A DNA stretch of 64,000 nucleotides from NCBI GenBank assembly GCA_031277715.1, contig JAITLW010000039.1, positions 605 through 64,604 on the forward strand, written 5' to 3'. This document shows positions 47,546 to 57,302 of this stretch, piece by piece. The notes beneath the pieces are model-generated. The model was given only the letters and a program-made list of their open reading frames with translations, searched no databases and had not been told where the DNA came from. Numbering within the stretch: position 1 is the stretch's first letter; the number at the start of each line of letters is the position of its first letter. This DNA is from Sphingobacterium sp. (GTDB taxonomy: Bacteria > Bacteroidota > Bacteroidia > Sphingobacteriales > Sphingobacteriaceae). Made by a program: the position numbers and the translations under genes.

Positions 47546-49408
47546 TTAAATGTATTCTGATAATTCTATCCAGCGATCTGATTTTTTGTCGAGTTCTTTT
47601 TGTAAGTTTTGTATCTCGTTTGATATTTCAGTTAACGCTTCGTGTTCTGTAGTGTTGTTTAGTAAATCTGTTTTTTCGATTATACTTTTCTCTAAGACTT
47701 CTATTTCTTTTTCTATTGTGTCATATTCAAATTGTTCTTTGAAACTTAGTTTCTTTTTATTGCTTTGACTTGTAGTAGTAGGGGAGTCTTTAGGAGTTTT
47801 ATCTATAGATTTTTCTTCTTTTAATTTTAACTCTTGCTCTGCTTTATAGTCTGCATAGTTTCCATTGTATATGGTTACGTCTCCAGCTCCATCAAAGATA
47901 AAGAGTTGCTCTGTGAGTTTATCTATTAAGTATCTATCGTGCGATACCAATATTAATATTCCAGGATAGTTGATTAGGAAATCTTCCAGTACATTTAAGG
48001 TGTCTATATCTAGGTCGTTGGAAGGTTCATCTAGTATTAAGAAATTAGGGTTGGCCATGAGTACACGCATCAACTGCAAGCGCTTCTTTTCTCCACCACT
48101 CAATTTACTTACCATTCCGAATTGCTTTTCCGGTGGAAAGAGAAATAGAGTTAGTAGTTGGGAGGCTGTTAGCGTATCTCCGTTAGCCATTTTTATATAT
48201 TCCGCTACATTCTTTACGATATCTAGTACACGATCTCCGCTATCGAAATTTAATCCACCCTGTCTGTAGTATCCGAATTTTGTTGTTTCTCCTATATCTA
48301 CAGTTCCTGCATCAGGAGAGAGGGTGCCGGTTAGTAAATTTAGAAATGTACTTTTTCCTGTACCATTCTTGCCAGCTAGTCCAATTCTGTCTCCTTTTTT
48401 AAATATGTAAGAGAATTGATCAATAAATGTATGTCCATCAAATGATTTTGATACATTGTTTAATTCAAGTATTTTGGAGCCTTGACGGGATACTTTAACA
48501 CTGAGCTCTACTTTGTCGTGTGCTCTAGGTCCCTTTGATTTCTCTTCTAGGGCATAATAGGCATCTATTCGTGATTTTGATTTAGTACCTCGAGCCTGGG
48601 GTTGTCTGCGCATCCATTCGAGTTCTCTCCTTAATAGATTGCGCGCTTTTTCGGCTTGGATAGCATCGTTGTATTCTCTTTCTGCTTTCTTTTCTAAGAA
48701 GTAGGCATAGTTCCCTTTATATAGATGTACTTTAGCTTTATCCAGTTCACGTATCTCTGTACAAATATTATCTAAAAAGTACCTATCGTGAGAAACTGTA
48801 AGAACAGTTTTTTGTCCCGTTGTTAGCAGTTTTTCTAGCCATTCAATAGTTTCAATATCCAAATGGTTGGTCGGCTCGTCTAATATATATACATCAGGTT
48901 CGTCGATAAGAAGCTTGGCTAAGGATAGTCTTTTCTTTTGTCCTCCAGAAAGGCTATCTATCTTTTGGTCAAAATTAGAAATCTGTAACCTGTTTAAGAT
49001 AGTTTTTATATTGTATTCATACTCCCAAGCATTGAGTGCTGTCAACTGGTCGGTGATGATTGCCAGCTTGTTTTCGTCTACAGTAGGGGAGTCTATGAGT
49101 TCTTCATACTGTTTGATCAATTGTTGTTGCTCGTTGTCCGCACTATAAATAAAGTCGTTGATCGTATTCAAACCTGAAAAATCAGGCTCTTGCGGTAAGT
49201 AGCCTATGCGGATTCCCTTTTCTTTTACAATCTTGCCTTCCTCAGGAGGGAAGACCTCTGCTAATAATTTTAACAAAGTAGATTTCCCTGTTCCATTTAT
49301 CCCGACTAGGGCTATGCGATCGCCTTTCTGCAAACCAAAATGTAACTCTTTGAATAACCATTTGTCATTAAAAGAGTGACCAACTTGTTCTGTACTGAGT
49401 ATACTCAC
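47546..49408 (-). CDS. ABC-F family ATPase (Uup/YfmR-like)
   Basis: Two ABC domains (GINGTGKST, LSGGQKKR, DEPTNHLD; GKNGTGKST, LSGGEKKR), PQARGTK linker, C-terminal coiled coil; no TM segment; GTG start. Confidence 0.93.
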   Translation of the reverse strand: MSILSTEQVGHSFNDKWLFKELHFGLQKGDRIALVGINGTGKSTLLKLLAEVFPPEEGKIVKEKGIRIGYLPQEPDFSGLNTINDFIYSADNEQQQLIKQYEELIDSPTVDENKLAIITDQLTALNAWEYEYNIKTILNRLQISNFDQKIDSLSGGQKKRLSLAKLLIDEPDVYILDEPTNHLDIETIEWLEKLLTTGQKTVLTVSHDRYFLDNICTEIRELDKAKVHLYKGNYAYFLEKKAEREYNDAIQAEKARNLLRRELEWMRRQPQARGTKSKSRIDAYYALEEKSKGPRAHDKVELSVKVSRQGSKILELNNVSKSFDGHTFIDQFSYIFKKGDRIGLAGKNGTGKSTFLNLLTGTLSPDAGTVDIGETTKFGYYRQGGLNFDSGDRVLDIVKNVAEYIKMANGDTLTASQLLTLFLFPPEKQFGMVSKLSGGEKKRLQLMRVLMANPNFLILDEPSNDLDIDTLNVLEDFLINYPGILILVSHDRYLIDKLTEQLFIFDGAGDVTIYNGNYADYKAEQELKLKEEKSIDKTPKDSPTTTSQSNKKKLSFKEQFEYDTIEKEIEVLEKSIIEKTDLLNNTTEHEALTEISNEIQNLQKELDKKSDRWIELSEYI

Positions 49409-49710
49409 GTTTTCCTATATTATTTTATTATCGTACTATAAAAATATACTATCTGAATCAGTATGCTTATGGCCTCCTTTTGTAAAAGGCCGTGTCCAAA
49501 AATGCCAGATGATAACCAATATGTTTTATGGTGTTGATTATCAGTTATTTGTATTTATTCTAATGAAGCTGTATTTGCTTTACCTATAACTTTGGATTAT
49601 AGCATTATAGTCTTTCAACTGTAGGCATACCTATCCAAGCACAAAAGTAAGCAAATTATCTCTTGCAGATTAGAAAAAGAATCGTATAGAGTAGTTTTTA
49701 CAAAAAGCTG

Positions 49711-50097
49711 TTAGTTCAGCCTAAATGAAGCTATGAGATTAAATTTTGGTATTTCGACCTGAAATAGTTGACCATCTATTTCCCGTATCATCGTATAGTA
49801 GCCCTTCATATATCCCAATTCGCTTTTTAGATTGCATCCTGATACATATTGGTGGGATTCTCCTGGCTGGAGAATTGGTTGCTCGCCTACTATGCCATCA
49901 CCATCCACTTGCTTATGTTCACCTATAGAATCAAATATATCCCAGTGTCTGCTTACTAGCTGAGCAGTATAGTCGGAGGTATTCTCTATAGTAATCCGAT
50001 ACGCAAACATAAAATGCATATTGTCTGCGTTAGAGTATTCCGGTTGGTATACGCATTCTACAGATATACTGATTCCTGCAGTCGATTGTGTGATCAT
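49711..50097 (-). CDS. apaG: ApaG
   Basis: FAYRITI, QLVSRHW, GDGIVGEQP, YVSGC. Confidence 0.95.
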   Translation of the reverse strand: MITQSTAGISISVECVYQPEYSNADNMHFMFAYRITIENTSDYTAQLVSRHWDIFDSIGEHKQVDGDGIVGEQPILQPGESHQYVSGCNLKSELGYMKGYYTMIREIDGQLFQVEIPKFNLIASFRLN

Positions 50098-50259
50098 AGC
50101 ATCAAAATTAGGAACTATGTTTTTAAATTCATAATTCTATTACCTATTGATACTAAATAGTTTAAACTTATTAGATTGTTTTGACTATTTTGGTTTTAGG
50201 GTATGCTTTTTGTTAATTTCCGCGGAGAGTACATATTATAGTCAAACAATCTATAGAAA

Positions 50260-50910
50260 ATGAAAATAAAGAACATTATGTTAGCTTCACTGATAGGAGC
50301 AGGATTAACGTATTCCTGTGGTGGTAATAGTGCTAAGCAGGAAGAAGGAAACCAAGAAAAGGGAGTTTTAGAGCAAGTTAGCGAATCTGCAGAAGCCATA
50401 AAGGGGTTAAGCAAATTGGAAAAATATAGTAAGGAGCTTGAATCTCGTATGAATGAGTTAAAAGCAATGAGTCCTGTTTCCAATGATGTCTTTAAAAAGG
50501 TATTACCAGAAACTTTTCAGGGATTAAAACGTACTTCTCTCCAGGTAGGAGAGATGAGTGCACTCAATTTAGCGAGTGGTAAAGCGGAATATAAAAATGA
50601 AGATCAGTCTAAGAGTATTGTGATTGATATCATGGACGGGGCAGGAGAAGGTGGAGCGAGTATTGTTTCGCTGATGTTTATGGGGATGATGACTGATAAA
50701 GAAGAGATAACAGATACAGGATTTGAGAAGACAATGGACATTAATGGTACGAAAACCATGGTTAAGGAGCATAGCGACCAAGGAGTGAAGGATTCGGAGA
50801 TACAATGGATATATAACAAACGTTTTGTGGTAAAACTCGAAGGCAGAGGTTATTCCTTGGATGAATTGACTGCCGCATTTAAAGGGTTGGATTTGGTAGC
50901 TCTTAAATAA
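50260..50910 (+). CDS. Hypothetical lipoprotein
   Basis: Lipobox TYSC-GG; IMDGAGE motif; no function recognised. Confidence 0.8.
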   Translation: MKIKNIMLASLIGAGLTYSCGGNSAKQEEGNQEKGVLEQVSESAEAIKGLSKLEKYSKELESRMNELKAMSPVSNDVFKKVLPETFQGLKRTSLQVGEMSALNLASGKAEYKNEDQSKSIVIDIMDGAGEGGASIVSLMFMGMMTDKEEITDTGFEKTMDINGTKTMVKEHSDQGVKDSEIQWIYNKRFVVKLEGRGYSLDELTAAFKGLDLVALK

Positions 50911-50924
50911 AGCTTAATTGTAAT

Positions 50925-50955
50925 AAGAAAAAGAGGCAAAAGGCCCCTTTTTCTT
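50925..50955. terminator. Bidirectional terminator
   Basis: AAGAAAAAGAGGC-AAAAG-GCCCCTTTTTCTT between convergent genes. Confidence 0.65.
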
Positions 50956-51826
50956 ATTTAGTTTTTTTATGTTTTTTATATCTCCGCCAACCTATAAATG
51001 TAGTTAGTAGCAATAATAGGATAGGCCAAATACCAATTGCACCAATAAATATGTTTTCTATTAGTTCCCAGCCAAAACCAAAAGCTTCCTTTATTTTTAA
51101 CCAGAAACCACTGTCGCTATTAGCAATTATAGAGTCTGAGTTGTATACGTTTAATACTAGCGTACTGTAACTCACCTGATCCTTCATCGCTCGTAGTGTG
51201 CTTTCAGTACCCTCTATATCTTCTTGCAATTGCCTTATCTGTTCCTCTATTTCTAAGAGTTCCTTAACATTTTTTGCATTGGCTACCATGTTTTGATACC
51301 GGGCTAGATATATTCTTTTACTTTTTATCCGCGATTCCAGATCATAGTACTGAAGAGATATATCTTGAGCCAGAATAGATTTTTCCGTTATTTTGTCACT
51401 ACCTTTCTCTATTCCTTCAAGGAAGTTGTCAAACTGAGAGTAGGGGATACGTAGGGTTAGATTATAGTTTGTATAAGTCGTTCCTGTGGTAGTACTTTCC
51501 TGCTCATAGTAGCCATTAGCCTTTTTTACAAGGGCATCTATTGTCGTTTTGGTTTTTTTGAGGTCTTTAGATTCTATCGATAGATTCCCGGTTCGTATTA
51601 TTTTTTTTCCCTGATTTAGTTTTTCTGCTTCGAGTTTCCCTGTTTCTACTTCTGCCCCTACACTTTTTAAGGTCATTGGGGTTGTGGCAGCAGCATCTAC
51701 TGTTTTTAAGTCATAAGCCGTTGCTTCGTCAGCGCTGCTTTCCATTGACACCTCTTTAGAGCCTTGCCCACATGCTAAAACACCAGTTAAGCTTAATAGA
51801 GCGAATAGGAATGTTATTTTGTTCAT
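50954..51826 (-). CDS. DUF4349 domain lipoprotein
   Basis: Lipobox VLAC; KIIRTG, LRIP, DISLQYYD, coiled coil, VSYSTL, C-terminal TM helix. Confidence 0.88.
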   Translation of the reverse strand: MNKITFLFALLSLTGVLACGQGSKEVSMESSADEATAYDLKTVDAAATTPMTLKSVGAEVETGKLEAEKLNQGKKIIRTGNLSIESKDLKKTKTTIDALVKKANGYYEQESTTTGTTYTNYNLTLRIPYSQFDNFLEGIEKGSDKITEKSILAQDISLQYYDLESRIKSKRIYLARYQNMVANAKNVKELLEIEEQIRQLQEDIEGTESTLRAMKDQVSYSTLVLNVYNSDSIIANSDSGFWLKIKEAFGFGWELIENIFIGAIGIWPILLLLLTTFIGWRRYKKHKKTK

Positions 51827-51937
51827 CTTGTTATTTTTTAATTTGACCAATAGCTAAGCCCTAATTCTCGTTTTTTATTTTAGGGTTTTCAGATAGATGC
51901 AAAAACAAGTACTATTCCATAACCGATAGATATATTA

Positions 51938-51982
51938 TAACTAAAAAGGCGCTTAATACTATATTAAACGCCTTTTTAGTTA
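51938..51982 (-). terminator. Intrinsic terminator after the LLM gene
   Basis: TAACTAAAAAGGCG...CGCCTTTTTAGTTA long hairpin. Confidence 0.75.
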
Positions 51983-53014
51983 CTTCGTAGCCTCTCTTAC
52001 TTTCGGGGCTATTTTCGTTCCATATATTTCGATGGCCTTCATCATGTCTTTGTGGTCTGGACTTCCCACATCAGTATGGGCAGAGAATCGGGTTAAGCCG
52101 AAAGTTTCCTTCACTGCCAAGATTTTGTCTATAGACTCATTTGCATCCCCTACAATGAGATGCCCATGGGGCGAACGGCCAAAGTCATACTGCGATTTTT
52201 GATACGGAGGCCAGCCTCGAGAAGCTCCTATTCTATTCATTTGTGCTCCATAAATAGGATAGTATTTTTCAGCGACGGCTTTACTATCTTCTCCAAAGAA
52301 TGCATGCATATGTACACCAACTTGAAATTTTTCCATATCATGCCCATTGTCCTCGTAAGCCTGTTTATACATTTCAAATAGTGGCGTAAACTGCTCCCAA
52401 GCACCACCTATGATGGCAAACATAACTGGCAAACCTAGTTTTCCTGCTCTGATTACCGAAGATGTCGTACCACCTACAGCCACCCATATAGGCAATCCAT
52501 TTTCTGTTGCTCTTGGATGGATTTCCTGATTGATTAGCGATTTCCTGAATTTTCCAGTCCAGTTGATGGATGTATTTTTCTTTATTTTAAGTAATAGTTC
52601 TAATTTTTCTTCGAACAATTCGCTATAGTCCTTCAGATCATAACCAAAAAGAGGAAACGACTCTATAAAGGACCCACGGCCAGCCATTATTTCCGCTCTT
52701 CCACCTGATATAAGATCTACAGTAGCAAAATCTTGATATAGCTTTACGGGATCTGTAGAGCTTAAAACAGATACGGCTGAACCTAATTTAATATTCTTTG
52801 TTACCGTTGCGGCTGCAGCAAGAATTATTTCAGGAGAGGCTACAGCATAATCTGGCCGGTGATGTTCACCCATACCAAAAAAATCAAGTCCCACCTCATC
52901 CATCAATTTGATTTCTTCAATTATTTCTTGAAGGCGTTGTTGTGTGGATTGTATTTGACCTGTTTTAGGATCTATCTGAAGATCGCCAAACATACCTATT
53001 CCTAATTCTAACAT
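51980..53014 (-). CDS. LLM-class flavin-dependent oxidoreductase
   Basis: GEHHRPD, SSTDPV..QDFATVDLISGGRAE, GRGSFIESFPLFG. Confidence 0.93.
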   Translation of the reverse strand: MLELGIGMFGDLQIDPKTGQIQSTQQRLQEIIEEIKLMDEVGLDFFGMGEHHRPDYAVASPEIILAAAATVTKNIKLGSAVSVLSSTDPVKLYQDFATVDLISGGRAEIMAGRGSFIESFPLFGYDLKDYSELFEEKLELLLKIKKNTSINWTGKFRKSLINQEIHPRATENGLPIWVAVGGTTSSVIRAGKLGLPVMFAIIGGAWEQFTPLFEMYKQAYEDNGHDMEKFQVGVHMHAFFGEDSKAVAEKYYPIYGAQMNRIGASRGWPPYQKSQYDFGRSPHGHLIVGDANESIDKILAVKETFGLTRFSAHTDVGSPDHKDMMKAIEIYGTKIAPKVREATK

Positions 53015-53126
53015 AGTTTTTTAATGTAAGCGTGTAACAAAAGTCAATTTTTATATCTTGACCACCTAAACTTATACAAATATACCCCACCTAGGGTTTG
53101 CAAAAATTAAGGTAGGTTAAGAAAAC

Positions 53127-53708
53127 TTACCCATGTATATACTCTTTGTTACCATAAGACTGTATCAGTTGACCTTCAAAATCTAACCATTCCTTCCAAC
53201 GTTTATCCACATCCACGTCTTTACTGTACTTCTTTGCAAAGTTTAAAAACGTCGTATAGTGATTTGCTTCCGAAACCATCAGGTCATGGTAGAATTTTGC
53301 CAACTCTTTATCTTCAATATTTTTAGAAAGTACTCGAAATCTCTCGCAACTGCGGGCCTCTATCATGGCTGCAAATAACAATCGGTCTATAAATGCTTGG
53401 TTTCTAGATCCATCTTTCTTGGAGAACTTCATCAGCTGGCCTACATAATCATCTTTCCTTTCCCGTCCCAGTGTATATCCTCTTTCTTTGATGATATCTA
53501 TTACCATTTTGAAATGTTCCATTTCTTCCAGTACAATATCCGTCAGTTCGTGTACGAGATCTTCAAACTCTGGATTTTGAGTGATCAGCATTATGGCATT
53601 GGAAGCCGCTTTTTGTTCGCACCAGGCATGGTCCGTCAAAATTTCTTCCAAATTAGATTCGGCAATATTGGCCCAGCGAGGGTCTGTAAGTAGTTTTAAT
53701 CCTAACAT
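53127..53708 (-). CDS. miaE: tRNA-(ms2io6A37) hydroxylase MiaE (diiron)
   Basis: DHAWCEQKAA, EEMEHF, IEARSCERF, SEANHY. Confidence 0.93.
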   Translation of the reverse strand: MLGLKLLTDPRWANIAESNLEEILTDHAWCEQKAASNAIMLITQNPEFEDLVHELTDIVLEEMEHFKMVIDIIKERGYTLGRERKDDYVGQLMKFSKKDGSRNQAFIDRLLFAAMIEARSCERFRVLSKNIEDKELAKFYHDLMVSEANHYTTFLNFAKKYSKDVDVDKRWKEWLDFEGQLIQSYGNKEYIHG

Positions 53709-54025
53709 TATTATTCTCGATTTGTTTCCTAATTACAAACTTAGATAATTTCCTTTAGATAAGCTTTGGTCAAAGCGTTTCTATCTTCTATCAGGAAATT
53801 AGAAGAGAACCGGTCTCAAAACGTTTTATTTGAGACCGGAATAGGCTGGGATATAGCCTGCCCTCTTTGAGATGATTCCCAAAAACAGTTTTTAGCATAG
53901 GTAATAAGTAGCCTTAAATATGGACTAAAACGAAGTCATTTATTTCGGTTAATTTAATTGTCTTATTTTTGTATTTTAAGGTTGCTTTAAAGATAGTTAA
54001 AAAATAAAAGCAGAGTGCGTATAAA

Positions 54026-55252
54026 ATGCTAAAAGTACTTTTTATTGGTTTAGTATGGCCGGAACCTACGTCTTCGGCAGCGGGATGGCGAATGTTACAC
54101 CTAGTCCGTTTGTTTTCTAGAGACTATGAGGTCCATTTTGCTTCAGCGGCCAGCAAAGGGGAGCATTCATATGATATGACTTCTTTAGGCATAGCAACGC
54201 ATATGATACAGCTTAATGATTCCTCTTTTGATCGTTTCGTTCGAGAGCTTGCGCCTTGCATTGTGATTTTTGACCGCTTTATGATAGAGGAGCAATATGG
54301 CTGGCGGGTAGCAGAGCAATGCCCTGATGCACTTCGGATATTAGATACAGAAGACCTTCATTTTGTTAGGCTTGCCAGACAGGAAGCTTTTAAGAAAGCA
54401 ATGCCTATAGATTATAGGACAGACACAGCCAAGCGGGAGATAGCGGCTATATTGCGCTCGGATTTATCATTGATTATCTCAAAAGAAGAAATCACACTTC
54501 TTACACATGACTTTGCCGTTCCTATGGAACGTCTTTTTTATCTTCCTTTTCAAGAAGAAAAATTGCCTGCAGGGCATCCTTCCTCTTTGCCGGTTTTTGG
54601 ACAGCGTAAAGATTTTGTATTCATCGGTAATTTCATACATGAGCCCAATTGGCGAACCGTAGAGCGATTGAAGAAAGAAATATGGCCCCTAATAAGAAAA
54701 CAGGAAAGTGAGGCTGAGCTTCATGTTTTCGGTGCCTATGCTTCCGAGAAGGTGTTTCAGTTGCACAAACCCAAAGAGGGTTTTTTAATTAAAGGACGTG
54801 CAGAGGACGCGCGTAATAGCCTTGCTAACTACCGCGTATTGCTTGCACCTATTCCCTTTGGAGCAGGGGCCAAGGGCAAACTGGTTGATGCCATGTATTC
54901 CGGGACACCCTCTGTGAGTAGCAGTATAGGTGCCGAGTCAATGCAACAGAATGAGGAATGGGGCGGATTTATTACCGATGATACGGCTGCTTTTGTTGCA
55001 TACAGCCTTCGGCTTTATCGGGAGAAGTCTCTTTGGGAAGAGAAGCAAAAAGTAGGATTCGATCTATTCAATAGCCTGTATGCAGATAATTCCTACAGCG
55101 ATAGTCTTTTGAAAGCCATATTAGAAATACAAGAAGATATGAAGCCTTTTAGGGAGCGAAACTTTATTGCAGCTATATTAATGCATCAATCGTTTCAATC
55201 CACAAAATATATGTCTTTATGGATTGAAACGAAAAATAAGGATAAAAGTTAA
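54026..55252 (+). CDS. GT4-like glycosyltransferase
   Basis: WPEPTSSAAG, DTEDLHF, FIGNFIHEPN, APIPFGAGAKGK...GTP. Confidence 0.85.
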   Translation: MLKVLFIGLVWPEPTSSAAGWRMLHLVRLFSRDYEVHFASAASKGEHSYDMTSLGIATHMIQLNDSSFDRFVRELAPCIVIFDRFMIEEQYGWRVAEQCPDALRILDTEDLHFVRLARQEAFKKAMPIDYRTDTAKREIAAILRSDLSLIISKEEITLLTHDFAVPMERLFYLPFQEEKLPAGHPSSLPVFGQRKDFVFIGNFIHEPNWRTVERLKKEIWPLIRKQESEAELHVFGAYASEKVFQLHKPKEGFLIKGRAEDARNSLANYRVLLAPIPFGAGAKGKLVDAMYSGTPSVSSSIGAESMQQNEEWGGFITDDTAAFVAYSLRLYREKSLWEEKQKVGFDLFNSLYADNSYSDSLLKAILEIQEDMKPFRERNFIAAILMHQSFQSTKYMSLWIETKNKDKS

Positions 55253-56991
55253 CCATAGATCAGTTGTAATCCGTCTTTTATCAGATTGCTTACAGCGGGT
55301 TTTGCCTGCTGTATATTATTTAATGTTTTTTGAGACCTGTCAAATAGAGCAGTATTTCCTTCCTTATGCGCGATTTCGCATATTTCTAAGGTCAATAGCC
55401 AATCTTCCGGGTAGTTTGCATTGACTGTATTTAGTATCTGTTCTAAGTCTCTTTTATCTTTACCCTCTCGGTGGGTTCTTACAGCCAGATAGAGATTTTC
55501 AAGTTCAATTTTTTCCTGTGTCTTCTGTTGTTTGATCGTTTTTGTGTGTGAAACATGCGAAATAAGGTCAAAACTGGTATCATCAGCAGGTCCCGAGTAG
55601 CAAGAAATAACTTTTTTCCCAATTGCCATATCATAGGTGCCCCATTCTGGTTGGAATAGCACCTCATTGTGGTAGCGTACCGTACAGTTCTCCAGACTGA
55701 TCAAAATAATCTTCCCTTTGATATTCCTTCGGCCCGTAATAATACGGCCTTCTACCATAATATTACCTTCAAACTCGAGTTTGATATCTTTACCCTCCTC
55801 TATATTATACGCCTGTAGATCTTTAGGGCTCATATCTTCTATAGATAGATTTATTCCCTTCAACTTACCGACAGGAGAGCTGAAGCCTGCACTGTGATAG
55901 TTGGTGCCATGGTTTATAAGTTCCTTGTTGTGATAAGCTAAAGCTGTAGGAGAAGAGGTCTGTATATAAATAGGTTTGCCATCATGTTCGATGACTCGGC
56001 TAAAAACACCAGATACCTGAATCCCGGTAGATAATTCTATTGTGGCCAATGCTTTTGATTCTATAAGCTTCTTCACCCCGCTGATTCCTCCCGTGCGGAG
56101 TGCCATTGTGTTGGCAAACTCCTCTAGAACCAAGCTTAGATAAGCAAAGTCAGGTGTGACATAGAGTTGGGGCTGAGGTTTTGTAATGTCAAATCCCTGG
56201 TAAGCTGCGCTTATATCGTAAGGGATTTTCTTAACCTCTTCACGCATACACCAAGCAGATTCACCGATAGAAGAGAGTAGACCAGCTCCGTATATTTTAG
56301 GATCCTCCACTGTACCTATCAGTCCATATTCAACAGTCCACCAGTGTAGGTTACGTATCAGGGCCATCTCGGAAGGGTCTATTTTCTTATTTTGAAGCTC
56401 ATTTACCAACTTTTCGACCCGTTCTATCTCCGCAATAGGCGTACCTTCTGCCTCTTTTAGAATGGAGAGCTCGCGGATGGCTTCATATATTTCATAGTCA
56501 TGTGCCGAAGAGATTGCTTTACTTCCTATTTCTCCAAATCGGCGTAGGTATTCTGCATATTCCCTATTTGCGATAATAGGGGCATGCCCTGCACCTTCAT
56601 GTATGATATCGGGAGCAGGCGTATATTCAATATTTTCAAGTTGTCGGATATCGGAAGCGATGACCAGAACATGATAAGCCTGAAACTCCATAAAAGCGTT
56701 AGGCGGGATAAAACCGTCAACAGCTACAGCTGCCCAGCCGATTTCTTTCAATATGCGGTTCATGCCATACATATCAGGTATTTTATCAACTTCCAACCCC
56801 GTTTTATCTAGCCCTTCAAGATAGGAGTCATGGGCTACCCGAGATAGATAGTCTACATTTTTGCGCATGACATAGCGCCATACAGCCTGATTGATAGGGG
56901 TATATTCCTCGTAATTTTGGGGTTTAATAAACTGCCTTAAATGTTTTGGTAGGCGGTCTAAAATAGGATTTGACTCATAATTTGTATGCAT
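55249..56991 (-). CDS. phhA: Pterin-dependent aromatic amino acid hydroxylase (phenylalanine 4-monooxygenase), long form
   Basis: YTPAPDIIHEGAGH, WWTVEYGL, YGAGLLSSIGE iron-site motifs; C-terminal extension. Confidence 0.9.
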   Translation of the reverse strand: MHTNYESNPILDRLPKHLRQFIKPQNYEEYTPINQAVWRYVMRKNVDYLSRVAHDSYLEGLDKTGLEVDKIPDMYGMNRILKEIGWAAVAVDGFIPPNAFMEFQAYHVLVIASDIRQLENIEYTPAPDIIHEGAGHAPIIANREYAEYLRRFGEIGSKAISSAHDYEIYEAIRELSILKEAEGTPIAEIERVEKLVNELQNKKIDPSEMALIRNLHWWTVEYGLIGTVEDPKIYGAGLLSSIGESAWCMREEVKKIPYDISAAYQGFDITKPQPQLYVTPDFAYLSLVLEEFANTMALRTGGISGVKKLIESKALATIELSTGIQVSGVFSRVIEHDGKPIYIQTSSPTALAYHNKELINHGTNYHSAGFSSPVGKLKGINLSIEDMSPKDLQAYNIEEGKDIKLEFEGNIMVEGRIITGRRNIKGKIILISLENCTVRYHNEVLFQPEWGTYDMAIGKKVISCYSGPADDTSFDLISHVSHTKTIKQQKTQEKIELENLYLAVRTHREGKDKRDLEQILNTVNANYPEDWLLTLEICEIAHKEGNTALFDRSQKTLNNIQQAKPAVSNLIKDGLQLIYG

Positions 56992-57302
56992 GACTTGCTT
57001 TATTATTTATCAAACTTAATAAAATCTATCATAAATTCTAAGAAAATAGATCGTGGTAAAATTATATTTTTCACCTTTTTCAAGGTTATCTTCTATATCT
57101 ACCTACATTTTTATTCAAAAATAAGCTTATCTTTATTGAGCCTGTGTATCAGCCTCATCTACGCGATAGATAGCTATTCTCATACATAGCCATACTAAAG
57201 AACTTAAACTTATAGCTATAGCCGAGCGTTAATCACAATTGACCAGGGGGATCAATAGCTATTGATAATCGGATAAAATACAGATAAACAAACAGTAATC
57301 AG

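Noticed and set aside
49409-49710. Hidden gene or ncRNA in the 302-bp gap between the ABC-F gene and apaG
   Set aside because: Only a weak GGCCT..AGGCC hairpin and a -7-like motif at about 49642; no convincing ORF or RNA family signal
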